DNA of 39,706 bases. It comes from Bdellovibrionota bacterium (GTDB lineage: Bacteria > Bdellovibrionota_C > UBA2361 > OMIW01). Positions 9,482 through 19,234 of this stretch are shown here, in pieces. The notes beneath the pieces are model-generated. The model ran no database searches. It was not told where the DNA came from and saw nothing but the letters and a program-made list of their open reading frames with translations. Within the stretch, counting starts at the first letter, position 1. Every line of letters starts with the position of its first letter. The stretch lies in contig JBIJBT010000015.1 in NCBI GenBank assembly GCA_044345055.1, positions 1-39,706 of the forward strand, in the 5' to 3' direction. Both the position numbers and the translations under genes were made by a program.

Positions 9482-10048
9482 ATGTCCGACGAAGGCATCT
9501 CCCGATGGAGACTCATTCAGAGCCTGTTCGCCGCCCAGATACCCCGATTCACTGGAGTTGCAGTCGTTGCGTCCTCGGGTGTGCCTCAGGCTCCGAGCGG
9601 TAGACGCGTTGCGAGCCCAACTTCGAACGGCATTACACTTGATCCAGCGCCCCTTGAGCGGATCTGGTATCAGCTCCGAATAGAATATTTTCCTGACCAC
9701 CCAGAGCTTCCGCTTTACAAAGTGTTCTGGAGTCCTCGCCAGCAGAAGCGGGTTCTTGCTTCATGCGATATGCTGGGCAAACGGGTTCGGGTCGCTCGGG
9801 AGCTGGCTCGTCCTGAATATGAGTCGTTTCTTCCGGCTCTGTTGTATCATGAGATGTGTCATGCGGTAATCGGGCGAGATGTTGAACGGAGAAATGGTGC
9901 TCGTTTGTGGCATGGTCCGCAGTTTAAGGCGTTGGAGGCGAGACATCCTGGGTCAGCTCTCTTACAGAAATGGATAACCGAGGGTGGGTGGGCAACGGCG
10001 GTTCGCCGCGATCGTGCATTTGCGGCTGCACGGAGGCGAAAGCAGTGA
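9482..10048 (+). CDS. SprT-like zinc metalloprotease domain protein
   Basis: LYHEMCHA (HExxH) plus downstream HGPQFKALE, and the upstream W-S-x-R...LASC pattern. Confidence 0.8.
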   Translation: MSDEGISRWRLIQSLFAAQIPRFTGVAVVASSGVPQAPSGRRVASPTSNGITLDPAPLERIWYQLRIEYFPDHPELPLYKVFWSPRQQKRVLASCDMLGKRVRVARELARPEYESFLPALLYHEMCHAVIGRDVERRNGARLWHGPQFKALEARHPGSALLQKWITEGGWATAVRRDRAFAAARRRKQ

Positions 10049-10082
10049 TGAGTAGTTGTCCATAGAAAGAAGTAGCAGGTCT

Positions 10083-11000
10083 ATGGGTCTATCACGTCGT
10101 CAATTTTTAACAAGAGGGCTTGCTCTGGGTGGGGCTGGAGCTCTTCTTTCTCGAATGCCGCGAAGTTCTTTTGATTCAACTGAGGACCTAGAGATAGTTC
10201 AGGTGGAGATTCCGATCGAGGGCCTGGCCCGCGAGCTGCACGGATATCGGATAGGATTGCTTACTGATATTCATTTGGGGGTCGCTATTCGCACAGACTT
10301 TGTTGCGAGTGCCTTTAGTGCCGTCCTTGCCGCTTCGGTCGATATGCTCCTCTTGGGGGGAGATTATCTATGGATAGCTGAATCGTCTCTCGGAAAGTTA
10401 CTCCAGCCAGCTCGGTCTCCCGAATTCCTTGCCCCACGCTCCGATGTAAAGCGAGCAGAGTCTATTTTTCGTACTCTTGCTTCTCTACTTCCGCATACCC
10501 CACCGCGCGATGGAATGTTTTGGGTTTTTGGTAATCATGATCGCTGGGTCCATCCAAAAATGGCAGAGACGATCCTTGGGGATACATCGGCTCGATTGCT
10601 TGTTAACGAGCAGGTAGAAATTGAGCGGGGTGAGAGCTCAATTCTTCTTGTGGGAGCTGACGATTATCTCACGGGGGTTCCTCGAGTTCCTCACTTGGTC
10701 CGGTGGCGTAAAGGGCCAACGATTCTTCTGAGTCATAATCCGGATCATGTGGGGGCGCTATCGGAACGGGGGCAGTTGGGGCTATTTGATTTGGCGCTCT
10801 GTGGACATACTCATGGAGGACAGATCCATCTGCCGATGATTGGGGCGCCGCTTTACAATGTTCGTCATCATCGATTTGGCGCAGGGCTCGTACAGGAAAA
10901 TGGTTGTTCGGTGTATACCTCTCGTGGGATAGGGGTTGTCGAGTTGCCGTATCGTATTGGCTGCCGACCGGAGGCAACGATTATTACATTGGTGGGGTGA
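10083..11000 (+). CDS. calcineurin-like metallophosphoesterase (YkuE/YaeI family) with twin-arginine-like N-terminus
   Basis: TDIH, GGD, GNHD, LSHNPD, GHTHGGQ, SRGIG. SRRQFL followed by a hydrophobic stretch. The ORF could start at TTG 10056. Confidence 0.88.
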   Translation: MGLSRRQFLTRGLALGGAGALLSRMPRSSFDSTEDLEIVQVEIPIEGLARELHGYRIGLLTDIHLGVAIRTDFVASAFSAVLAASVDMLLLGGDYLWIAESSLGKLLQPARSPEFLAPRSDVKRAESIFRTLASLLPHTPPRDGMFWVFGNHDRWVHPKMAETILGDTSARLLVNEQVEIERGESSILLVGADDYLTGVPRVPHLVRWRKGPTILLSHNPDHVGALSERGQLGLFDLALCGHTHGGQIHLPMIGAPLYNVRHHRFGAGLVQENGCSVYTSRGIGVVELPYRIGCRPEATIITLVG

Positions 11001-11163
11001 TTCGGGTTGGTGGCGCAAATTGGAACCTTTTGCCTGAAAAAGGGGGATTCTGCATCGGGAATCGATCGGATAGCATCAAAGGGGAGTAGAAGTTTTTTTT
11101 GAGGGTGTTCTGAAGTAGAGCGGTTACAAAAGCACGAAATGGATAGTATCAGGGATTTTTCCG

Positions 11164-11745
11164 ATGATGAGAGATGACGTGTTGGTGCAGCTGATGGAGT
11201 CTGTTTACCTTCTCGAGATGGTGGAGGATCTGTTATCGACCCATGGTACCGGTCCAGCGAGCGATTCAGTGCTCCGAGGTATGCGTATCACGATGCGTAA
11301 TGTTCGTGAGGGGCTTACCGAGAGCTTTGCTTGGGTTGCTTCGGTTGAGGAAGAGGGGGCTGAGGAGTTCTCAGAGGAGCAGCTTGATGAGAATGTTCCT
11401 GACGAGGTTGAGGAAAGAACAACGGGGGCGGTTGAAGCTCTCGAGGAACCAGCTCAACGAAATAATACGTTAGCGATCTCTTCTGAAGATAGAAGTGTGC
11501 TTCCCGGCCGCTCGATTCTTGAATCAATATTAAGGCCAGAACCAAATCCTGCTGAAGTGATGGAACAACGCCGTCAGGCTGCTCCGCAATCGAGTCTTTG
11601 GCTTCGGGAGGGAACCGTTACAACGTCGGATGTTAATCGAGCACGGAGTGAAATATTGCCAGGTGGGGGGCTCGCAGCGACTATTTCTGGAGCTCGGGGC
11701 GATGCTGGCTTTAAGCTCGATGCTATTGAGCGAATCGTTGAATAG
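11164..11745 (+). CDS. hypothetical protein (helical N-terminus, acidic low-complexity middle)
   Basis: 193-aa ORF. No family recognised. Confidence 0.6.
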   Translation: MMRDDVLVQLMESVYLLEMVEDLLSTHGTGPASDSVLRGMRITMRNVREGLTESFAWVASVEEEGAEEFSEEQLDENVPDEVEERTTGAVEALEEPAQRNNTLAISSEDRSVLPGRSILESILRPEPNPAEVMEQRRQAAPQSSLWLREGTVTTSDVNRARSEILPGGGLAATISGARGDAGFKLDAIERIVE

Positions 11746-11933
11746 GGTATAAAAAATTATTATCAGCCGAGCTGCGGGGCAGGGCTACGCTAGGTGACCT
11801 TGCGAGGTGATCCTGTGATGTGCTGCTCCGAGACTGTGCAAGAAAAAAATGTGCAGGCAAAAACCAGCTTTTTAGTTCTCCCGCCGAGCGAGGTTTTTGC
11901 CGCAAGATGATGACTATTATTTCAGTAATAGCT

Positions 11934-12626
11934 CTAAAAATCATCGTCTGAAATGTCTATTCCTACTAATCCTGTGAGCAGGTCTATCGCCTCTAGTGGA
12001 TCTACCCCGACATCTAATCCGATTATCGCGAGGTGAAGTCCGGCACCTATCTCAGAGGGCGAGTAGCCCGGTTCGAAGCCAGTTTTAAACGACGCCTCCG
12101 CTACGCTCAAAGATGCACCCGAATAGGCTTCAAAGCCGATAGGCGAGCGCGGCATGGTGCGTTGTCGTGGGCCGGGAAGGCCAGCGTAAATAGAAAGATA
12201 GGAACCGAGGCCAGCTCGTACGAACTTTGTTGCTCGGGCATCCACAGCCATTCCTGGGCCGACCCGAACGCGCGCGCGAACGAGATCTGTTACATCGAGG
12301 ATCCGATTTGGAAGGTAGCACAAAATTTTGTGTACTAGTGAGTGTTCCTCTTTCTCTTTTGAATCCTCGTCAGCTGGATTCTCTTTATTTTCTGGCTTCT
12401 CTTCGTCTTTTCTTGAATCTCCCTGTTCCTCCGAAGCTACCTCGGTCTTTGAAGAGCTTGGTTGAGAAGAAACGACTGTAGCGTCGGATGCTACCTCGGA
12501 GGGTTGAGGTTGGTCGTCATCGTTATGGGCTGAGGCAGGCATCGAAGCACTGCTGAGGAGCATGGCAGTAAAGATTGCAGCAATCGTGTTATTAATTCGG
12601 CTAAAAACTGGGGCGGGGGTGTTCAT
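11934..12626 (-). CDS. hypothetical exported protein with acidic linker and Gly-rich beta-strand-like C-terminal domain
   Basis: Signal peptide ending ASA, AAGGA RBS. C-terminal domain NRILDVTDLVRARVRVGPG...GVDPLEAIDLLTGLVGIDISDDDF. Confidence 0.65.
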   Translation of the reverse strand: MNTPAPVFSRINNTIAAIFTAMLLSSASMPASAHNDDDQPQPSEVASDATVVSSQPSSSKTEVASEEQGDSRKDEEKPENKENPADEDSKEKEEHSLVHKILCYLPNRILDVTDLVRARVRVGPGMAVDARATKFVRAGLGSYLSIYAGLPGPRQRTMPRSPIGFEAYSGASLSVAEASFKTGFEPGYSPSEIGAGLHLAIIGLDVGVDPLEAIDLLTGLVGIDISDDDF

Positions 12627-12867
12627 TCGTTTCCTTACTTAGGGGTGTGCATTCAGTTTTATAGAGGAAGGCTACCAAGACCTCGCGAGTTGAATCAAGA
12701 TAGCAGAAAAACTATGAAACAACGCGACCCCTTGCTCTTCGGGAGTCTCCCTGAGAGTATGACGAGGAGTGCGGAGTTTTGTTTGATAAGAATACGACAA
12801 CTTAATTAGCAGCCTCTTAGACACAAGTACTCTGCTTTCACGACAGCGGTTTTACTCATCACGGCGA

Positions 12868-13170
12868 ATGGAGGGCTCGATGCTCGATATTATTGATTCA
12901 AAAGCGGGAATGTTAGCGGTTATCTGGTCATTCTGCCTTGCGATTTCATATCTTGGTTTGCTCGACTTATCAAGGAATTCGGTTCATCTCTATCAAGCCG
13001 GTTCATCGAATGCGCAATATCAAGCTGATCGTATGGTTGAAATTCTTCATGGGGATGTAAATCTTGGCGCGCAGGCGGATACTCGTCGTCGGCAACGTGA
13101 TAGAGCTGCTCAGGAACGAGCAGAATCGTACGATGGGTTCCGTCGATATATGGGCAGTCTCATGCCTTAG
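12868..13170 (+). CDS. small hypothetical membrane-anchored protein
   Basis: One N-terminal hydrophobic helix. GGAGG precedes the alternative ATG (MLDIID). Confidence 0.55.
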   Translation: MEGSMLDIIDSKAGMLAVIWSFCLAISYLGLLDLSRNSVHLYQAGSSNAQYQADRMVEILHGDVNLGAQADTRRRQRDRAAQERAESYDGFRRYMGSLMP

Positions 13171-13237
13171 GTCGGTCTCTGATGATGAATACCGAGAAGT
13201 TAAGGGTCAGAGAGAAAAATGGGGGTAGAAGGGAGTA

Positions 13238-13903
13238 ATGGTTCAGGTTGATTGTAGTCGGTTACGAGAATCTCTCGAGCCCCTTGGAATTTTTTTATCA
13301 GAGGAGCAGGAGAGCCAATTTTCTGCTTTTGGGGCCCACCTATACGAGCGAAATGAGACGTGTAATCTGACCCGAATTGGACGAGATGAGTTTGTAGAAA
13401 AGCATCTGGTCGATTCGCTCGCCCTCGTGCAAGCGGTTGACCTCTCTCGGACCTCCAAGCTTATCGATGTCGGTACCGGCGCAGGTTTTCCGGCTATTCC
13501 GCTGGCTATCTCCTTTCCGTCGTTATCAGTAACTGCACTTGATGCAACCCGTAAAAAGCTCGATTTCATCGAAGAAGTAGCGCAGCGGCTCGGATTGACC
13601 AATCTAAGAGTTATTCATGGTCGGGCTGAAGAGATGCAACGAAAGCCGGAACATCACGCTCGCTACGATATCGCGGTAGCGCGTGCAGTGGCTCCGCTGT
13701 ATAGACTCGCACCGTGGCTACTCCCCTTTGTCGCACGAGGTGGTGTAGCAGCAGCTCTCAAGGGATCATCCGTTGTCGCAGAGCTAGATGAATATCGGCA
13801 AAAAAATACTCCAAAAAAGGAGGGCCGAAGCACGAGGTGGCCAGAGCCGACTGTTACAACGATATCGGCTGCGAGAACTATTGTTGTTTGGCGGATAGGG
13901 TGA
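13238..13903 (+). CDS. rsmG: 16S rRNA m7G527 methyltransferase
   Basis: NLTRI, KHLVDSL, IDVGTGAGFPAIPLAI, LDATRKK, HGRAEE, ARAVA, ALKG. Confidence 0.93.
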   Translation: MVQVDCSRLRESLEPLGIFLSEEQESQFSAFGAHLYERNETCNLTRIGRDEFVEKHLVDSLALVQAVDLSRTSKLIDVGTGAGFPAIPLAISFPSLSVTALDATRKKLDFIEEVAQRLGLTNLRVIHGRAEEMQRKPEHHARYDIAVARAVAPLYRLAPWLLPFVARGGVAAALKGSSVVAELDEYRQKNTPKKEGRSTRWPEPTVTTISAARTIVVWRIG

Positions 13904-14078
13904 TTGGTCGAGAAGGGTTTGGGCCGAGAGGATAAAGATAGCAGGTGGACGGCAACGGAGGTTTTGAGACTTATGGTCAGCTTAGGTGATCCAATTTGGA
14001 TTAATCTTGTTTGCGGCTGTTATCGTGGAAGTACTCGAAGTGGTGATGTTCTTAGCGCTTTTAGGAACGCAATCGATT

Positions 14079-14153
<75 letters not shown>

Positions 14154-14238
14154 ACGTAATATTTGTACGATATGGTCACGCTTTAATTTAAAGGGTTAGA
14201 AATTTAAGGCGTGCCTAATCACTTACTTTTGAAGGTTT

Positions 14239-14267
14239 AAGCTACTTGTATTAAGACTACCCGTCAA
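14239..14267 (-). promoter_or_regulatory. putative sigma70 promoter of tRNA-Val
   Basis: TTGACG-N17-TAGCTT. The -35 box overlaps the stop codon of the upstream permease gene. Confidence 0.5.
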
Positions 14268-15259
14268 GAGTTTTGTCTATACGAGTTTAGGGTTGGGCTG
14301 ATTGAGAGTCGCTGAAGGTTGCGTTTACTCTTGAATCTACGAGCCATCAATCCATATCGAGGGGCTGTAATAATCGCAATGCCGAGCATTAGTCCTGCGA
14401 CGACGGTGATCATTCCAGCGACATTTACAGAATGGTTAAAACCGAGCCACAGGGGAAGAAATGCTCCGCAGATGTAGCCGGCGATGCATGCAATGATGGA
14501 GAAAAGTGAGCTTAGGAGGAGCTGATTGAGCAGCCGATCGGTGTAGAGACGGGCCGTTGCTGCAGGGCACACTAGGAGTGCGATAACTAGAATCGAGCCC
14601 ACCGCTTTAAATGAGGCCACAACAGCGCATGCTAATAGCACCATGAGCGCATGATGGATGAGGTCGCTGCGAAATCCAAGGGCTGAAGAGAGAGCGGGAT
14701 CGAAGGATGAGAGGGCTAGCTCTTTCCAGAATAGTGCGACAAAACCGATGACAAGAAGCGCGGTTGCGGCGCTCGCGTAAACTTCAGAGGGTATGGCTGC
14801 GAGCGTTGCCCAAGAGAGGAGTGATGCAAAGTCCCGGGGAGGATACCAGAAGATCGTTTCAAGCTGTCCGTGTAAAAGACAGTCTGCATCAAGATCGACA
14901 TTCCGCGCAGCGGCTTGCTCCATCGTTAATATACCGAGCGCAAAAAAAGTTGAAAATACGACACCCATAGATGCACTCTCATCAACTTTTCCGAGTCTGC
15001 GCACAACCTCTATAAGAAATGCGCTACACACTCCCGCAACTGCCGCACCGATAAAGATTGGAAGCATGCTTCGAGAGCTGGTGATAAGAAAAGCAACAAC
15101 AATTCCGGGAAGAACGGAGTGAGCTATAGCGTCTCCTAATAGACTTTGTCGACGAAGAACTAGATAGCTACCGAGAATTGAGCAGGCGATCGCTGCAAAT
15201 ATTGCACAAAGAAGAGGGGGGACATCTAGTGCTATAAGCTGATAGATTGTTGGGTTCAT
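14264..15259 (-). CDS. troD: Mn/Zn/Fe ABC transporter permease (TroD/MntD, ABC-3 family)
   Basis: LGSYLVLRRQSLLGDAIAHSVLPG, FDPAL, AVGSILVIALLVCPAATAR. Confidence 0.88.
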   Translation of the reverse strand: MNPTIYQLIALDVPPLLCAIFAAIACSILGSYLVLRRQSLLGDAIAHSVLPGIVVAFLITSSRSMLPIFIGAAVAGVCSAFLIEVVRRLGKVDESASMGVVFSTFFALGILTMEQAAARNVDLDADCLLHGQLETIFWYPPRDFASLLSWATLAAIPSEVYASAATALLVIGFVALFWKELALSSFDPALSSALGFRSDLIHHALMVLLACAVVASFKAVGSILVIALLVCPAATARLYTDRLLNQLLLSSLFSIIACIAGYICGAFLPLWLGFNHSVNVAGMITVVAGLMLGIAIITAPRYGLMARRFKSKRNLQRLSISPTLNSYRQNS

Positions 15260-15268
15260 AGGTGCTCC

Positions 15269-16642
15269 CTAACCAAGCTCTTCTCGAATGGGATGTAAGC
15301 TCCGCTGTTTACGGAGTAACCATTCTGGACCCTTTCGCGCTGCAAGGCTTTCCTCAAGCAGAGAAATGATTGCTGGTGACAGCGAGTGCTCAACAAGGTC
15401 GGCTGAATAGTCCACATGCGATAACGATACATCTGCATATGTGGCGATATATTCCTCCCATAACCGATGATTTCGGACTAGACGAGAAGCGTGTTCACTG
15501 CCACGAGGAGTAAGCTCGATGCCGAACCTAGCCCTTTTTTTCGCGATATCAATCCAGCCTCGATAGTGACACCAATAAAGTAATAACAACCGCGTGCTAT
15601 TGTGCCACTGCTTTGTAAAGGTAAGGTTAGCTATCGTCACTGGAGGTGGAACAGTACCTTTGTCCGAAAATGGCTCTGCTTGCTCATACAGACTCCTTAA
15701 TAAATGATCTTCAGCTATCCGGACCCGCATCCAGAGCTGCGTTGTCGCGGTTCCGAGTAATCCACGGGCTGGAGCGATGATCAAGCTCACGAGAAAAAAA
15801 GAGGATGCAACCAAAACAATAACGGAGCCGACAGGTATTCCGGGGAGTAACGCGGAAGCAACCGATCCGAAATAGCCACTCAGACCACCAATTACTCCCG
15901 CTAGTGGTACCATTACCGTGGTTCTATTAGTCCAAAATCGCGCTGCTGCTGGCGGTATAACCAACAGCGCAACGATCAACAAAATACCAACTGCTTGGAG
16001 ACCGATAACCGTTACGAGAGTCACAAGTGCCATCATACCCAGATCTATCGAAGAAACGGGCCAGCCGGTTGCTGCGGCAAAATCACGATCAAAGCAGACT
16101 AGGCGAAACTCCTTCATCGCGAGGATGGAGACTGCTATAGTTGCTGCCGCACAAACCAACATTGTGAGTGCATCACCCCGTGTCATCGCGGCTGTTTGAC
16201 CGTAGATAAAGTGATGAAGACCGCCCTCTTCGCCGGTCCCAAGGCTTTGAATGATACTAAGTAGCACCACTCCTGCGCCAAAAAATACACTCAGAACCGC
16301 ACCGATTGCACAGTCCTCTTTTAGTCGGCTAAGGCGTGACATCGCCTGAACGGTGCAAACGCCAACGACCCCAGAAATTGTTGCTCCCGCTAACAGCAAC
16401 CACAGATGTTTTCCGCCAATGCCAAGAGCGGTTCCGAGCAAAAATGCAAGCCCAAGTCCAGGAAGAGCGCTGTGGGCAAGCGCATCCGCCATTAATGATC
16501 TTTTTCTCAATAGCGCGAATGTCCCGATCACCCCTGCTGCGATCCCAAGAAATGTCGTTCCCACAATGACGAGTGCGGTATTTAATCCTGCCTGAAGCAG
16601 CATCACCTCGACGGCGTGAGTGAAGTTATTCAAATGTTCCAC
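15269..16642 (-). CDS. troC: Mn/Zn/Fe ABC transporter permease (TroC) fused to a C-terminal DtxR-family repressor domain (YtgCR-like)
   Basis: ABC-3 motifs (DALAHSALPG, PPAAARFWT), then EDHLLRSLYE...LTPRG...LVRNHRLWEEY...ADLVEH. Confidence 0.88.
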   Translation of the reverse strand: MEHLNNFTHAVEVMLLQAGLNTALVIVGTTFLGIAAGVIGTFALLRKRSLMADALAHSALPGLGLAFLLGTALGIGGKHLWLLLAGATISGVVGVCTVQAMSRLSRLKEDCAIGAVLSVFFGAGVVLLSIIQSLGTGEEGGLHHFIYGQTAAMTRGDALTMLVCAAATIAVSILAMKEFRLVCFDRDFAAATGWPVSSIDLGMMALVTLVTVIGLQAVGILLIVALLVIPPAAARFWTNRTTVMVPLAGVIGGLSGYFGSVASALLPGIPVGSVIVLVASSFFLVSLIIAPARGLLGTATTQLWMRVRIAEDHLLRSLYEQAEPFSDKGTVPPPVTIANLTFTKQWHNSTRLLLLYWCHYRGWIDIAKKRARFGIELTPRGSEHASRLVRNHRLWEEYIATYADVSLSHVDYSADLVEHSLSPAIISLLEESLAARKGPEWLLRKQRSLHPIREELG

Positions 16643-17481
16643 TCCGACGAGACCTCCTTTTCTCCTCCCAATAGACGAGCCATCGATTCGCCGACCTCTT
16701 CAAGCACTGTTAATCTTCCCCCGTAGGTTCGGCGAAGATTTTCGTGAGTAAAGGTCGTTCGTACGGAACCAGAAGCGATGATGCGGGTATTCAACATTAC
16801 GACATCGTCAAAATATTCGCTCACGGTTGATAAGTCGTGATGGACAACCAGCACCGTTTTTCCTTCGCCTTTTAGCTGTTTTAAAATGTCGACAATTGAT
16901 CGCTCGGTTGCGGCATCAACCCCCGCGAACGGTTCATCCATGAAGTAGAGAAGGGCTTCCTGAGCAAGTGCTCGGGCAAGAAATATCCGTTGTTGCTGAC
17001 CACCCGAGAGCTGATTTATCTGCCGATCGGCAAAATCGGCGAGTCCTACCATGTCGAGGCATTCAAATGCTCTTTGTCGGTGTGCGCGAGATATGCGGCG
17101 AAACCATCCAATTTTTCCGTAGCGTCCCATACACACAACATCGAGGGCAGAAACTGGAAAATCCCAATCGACCGATTCTCGCTGCGGAACGTAGCCAACC
17201 TTCTGAAGCTGTTCGGAATAGCTTTTACCCCAAAATTCGACGACCCCGGTCGCTCGAGGAATAATGCCAAGACACGCCTTCATGAAGGTCGATTTTCCTG
17301 CGCCGTTCGGTCCAACGATCGCAATCAACGACCCGCATGGCGCCTCGTACTCGATATCCCAGATGACGGGCCGCTGATGATACGCAACGGTCATAGCGTG
17401 AACAGAGAGGGGACTCGATGGGCTGTGTTCCGGACGATTCGCTAATGTTGTGAGTTCGGGGGAGCGAGAGAAGAGATTCAT
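16630..17481 (-). CDS. troB: Mn/Zn/Fe ABC transporter ATP-binding protein
   Basis: GPNGAGKS, GYVPQRESVDWDFP, LSGGQQQR, MDEPFAGVD, VHHDL. Confidence 0.93.
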   Translation of the reverse strand: MNLFSRSPELTTLANRPEHSPSSPLSVHAMTVAYHQRPVIWDIEYEAPCGSLIAIVGPNGAGKSTFMKACLGIIPRATGVVEFWGKSYSEQLQKVGYVPQRESVDWDFPVSALDVVCMGRYGKIGWFRRISRAHRQRAFECLDMVGLADFADRQINQLSGGQQQRIFLARALAQEALLYFMDEPFAGVDAATERSIVDILKQLKGEGKTVLVVHHDLSTVSEYFDDVVMLNTRIIASGSVRTTFTHENLRRTYGGRLTVLEEVGESMARLLGGEKEVSSEWNI

Positions 17482-17522
17482 GAAAAGTTCCTAATGGCTA
17501 GCGAAAAGACTATTTGCTCTTT

Positions 17523-18581
17523 CTACCCTCCAGAAATAGAAGCGAGTTTCCCATTCATTCCACCTCGGGGAGCTTCGCCTCCAAGGGAGCGGACTATCGT
17601 TGTGACGTTGTGATCAATCATCCCAATATAACTTCCTTCATACGTTCCCGCTGCACCCATAGCGTCGGAGAAAAGCTGGCCGCCTACTGAAACGGAATGG
17701 CCCTGCGCGTCGGAACCCTCGATAAGAGCGGAGATACTTCGAGTTGGAACGGTACTTTCCACGAATACTGCTTTGATACGACGTGCAACGATCTCAGATA
17801 CGAGCTGCTCGATATCCTGAACTCCCGCTTCTGACTCGGTTGATAAGCCCTGTATTCCACGTACGGCGAAACCGTAGCGACGGCCGAAATAGCTAAATGC
17901 ATCATGCGCGGTTATTAAAACCCTCGAATCAGCGGGGACGGTCGCAAGAACCCGCTCCGCATATTCATCGAGCTGCTTTAGCTTCTCACTAAATTGGGCT
18001 GCTGCATCGGTGTATCGAGGACGAAACTCAGGGTTGGCGGTTGAGAGTTTTTCAGCGATCAATGGGACGGTTTTCATCCAGATGCGAGGGTCCATCCAGA
18101 CATGTGGATCGTAATGACCCGGGAAATCCTCGAGCTCACGAAGTGCCGATTTCTCGATGAGTTCGGTAACGGGAAACACCATTTGCCCTCCCTGCTTCAT
18201 CCGAGAGAGTGCGTCAGTTAGTTTTCCCTCGAGGAGAAGGCCGTTGAAGAATACAAGATCTGCGCTGCTGAGAGTTGCGATATCGGAGCGGGTTGCTTTA
18301 TATAGATGAGGATCGGTACCAGGACCCATCAGTCCAGTTAGCTCTATTGTATCTCCGCCGATAGCCTTAACGATATCATTAATCATCCCGATCGTTGTAA
18401 CAACCCGTGGCTTGGGATGATCACCAGCAGAGAATGGACTCGCATGTGCTGAGGAGATGAAAGCGGCGCTTAAAAAAAAGCAAATAAAATTGAATATCAG
18501 TAATATGGCTCGCGATAATTGCCTATCTACGTGAGGAAAAGCACATTCTCTGAATTTAATAATACCAGATCCAAAAAACAT
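17523..18581 (-). CDS. troA: metal ABC transporter substrate-binding protein (TroA/MntA)
   Basis: DPHLYKA, DPHVWMD, LITAHDAFSYFG, LFSDAMG. The exact start is uncertain. Confidence 0.92.
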   Translation of the reverse strand: MFFGSGIIKFRECAFPHVDRQLSRAILLIFNFICFFLSAAFISSAHASPFSAGDHPKPRVVTTIGMINDIVKAIGGDTIELTGLMGPGTDPHLYKATRSDIATLSSADLVFFNGLLLEGKLTDALSRMKQGGQMVFPVTELIEKSALRELEDFPGHYDPHVWMDPRIWMKTVPLIAEKLSTANPEFRPRYTDAAAQFSEKLKQLDEYAERVLATVPADSRVLITAHDAFSYFGRRYGFAVRGIQGLSTESEAGVQDIEQLVSEIVARRIKAVFVESTVPTRSISALIEGSDAQGHSVSVGGQLFSDAMGAAGTYEGSYIGMIDHNVTTIVRSLGGEAPRGGMNGKLASISGG

Positions 18582-18627
18582 ATCGAAACGATCTCAGTAT
18601 AACAAGAAGCCCTGTATAACTTTCGGT

Positions 18628-18656
18628 TTGCAGAAGTAAATTGCTCTACTCATAAT
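18628..18656 (+). promoter_or_regulatory. putative sigma70 promoter of mntR-selO
   Basis: TTGCAG-N17-CATAAT. Confidence 0.55.
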
Positions 18657-18672
18657 GTAGCTCATGCTACAT
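18655..18672. promoter_or_regulatory. MntR operator (inverted repeat)
   Basis: ATGTAGC-TCAT-GCTACAT. The TAGC-N4-GCTA core matches the E. coli MntR box. It lies between the divergent troA and mntR. Confidence 0.75.
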
Positions 18673-18718
18673 AATAGGTCAATTGGTTAAGTTTTCGGAT
18701 AACAAGAGAGGACAGAAC

Positions 18719-19234
18719 ATGTCTCGAAGAAAAGACAAGGTCACTCAAAATCGTCAAAAAAGGGGCGATTCGTCCGTCGGTGTGGGTCGGTCTTCCCATT
18801 TGGTTCGTCCTCTCAGAGGCTCTGCTCCTGCTGATCGTTTTGATACCTTGCGGCTTCAGCACGCTCGAGAGATGGCAGAAGACTACACCGAGCTTGTACT
18901 TTCTCTTATCGATGATGAGGGTGAGGCTCGGGTGGGAAGAATCGCTGCTGAGCATGGCGTCTCTCATGTAACAGCCGTTCGCACCCTTCAACGGCTTGAG
19001 AAAGATGGTTATGTAATCCTTGCACGCCATCAGCCAGTGTGCTTAACCGCGGCGGGACGCCGACTCGCGAATCGAGCCCGAAAGCGCCACGAGATTGTGC
19101 GCGATTTTTTGATATTCCTCGGTGTTCCTGCACGCATTGCAGAGCTCGATGCTGAAGGTGCAGAGCATCATATGAGCGCGATTACTGTTCGAAAGATGAA
19201 GGAGTTTATGAAGCCAGGCGGAAGTAATGATTAA
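18719..19234 (+). CDS. mntR: manganese-binding transcriptional regulator (DtxR/MntR family)
   Basis: EDYTELV...GEAR...GVSHVTAVRTLQRL...RKRHEIVRDFL...AELDAEGAEHHMS. GAGAGG RBS before ATG 18719. Confidence 0.9.
   Translation: MSRRKDKVTQNRQKRGDSSVGVGRSSHLVRPLRGSAPADRFDTLRLQHAREMAEDYTELVLSLIDDEGEARVGRIAAEHGVSHVTAVRTLQRLEKDGYVILARHQPVCLTAAGRRLANRARKRHEIVRDFLIFLGVPARIAELDAEGAEHHMSAITVRKMKEFMKPGGSND

Noticed and set aside
11775..11830. SRP (4.5S) RNA
   Set aside because: It lacks the CAGG...GNRA...AGCA helix-8 motif on either strand.
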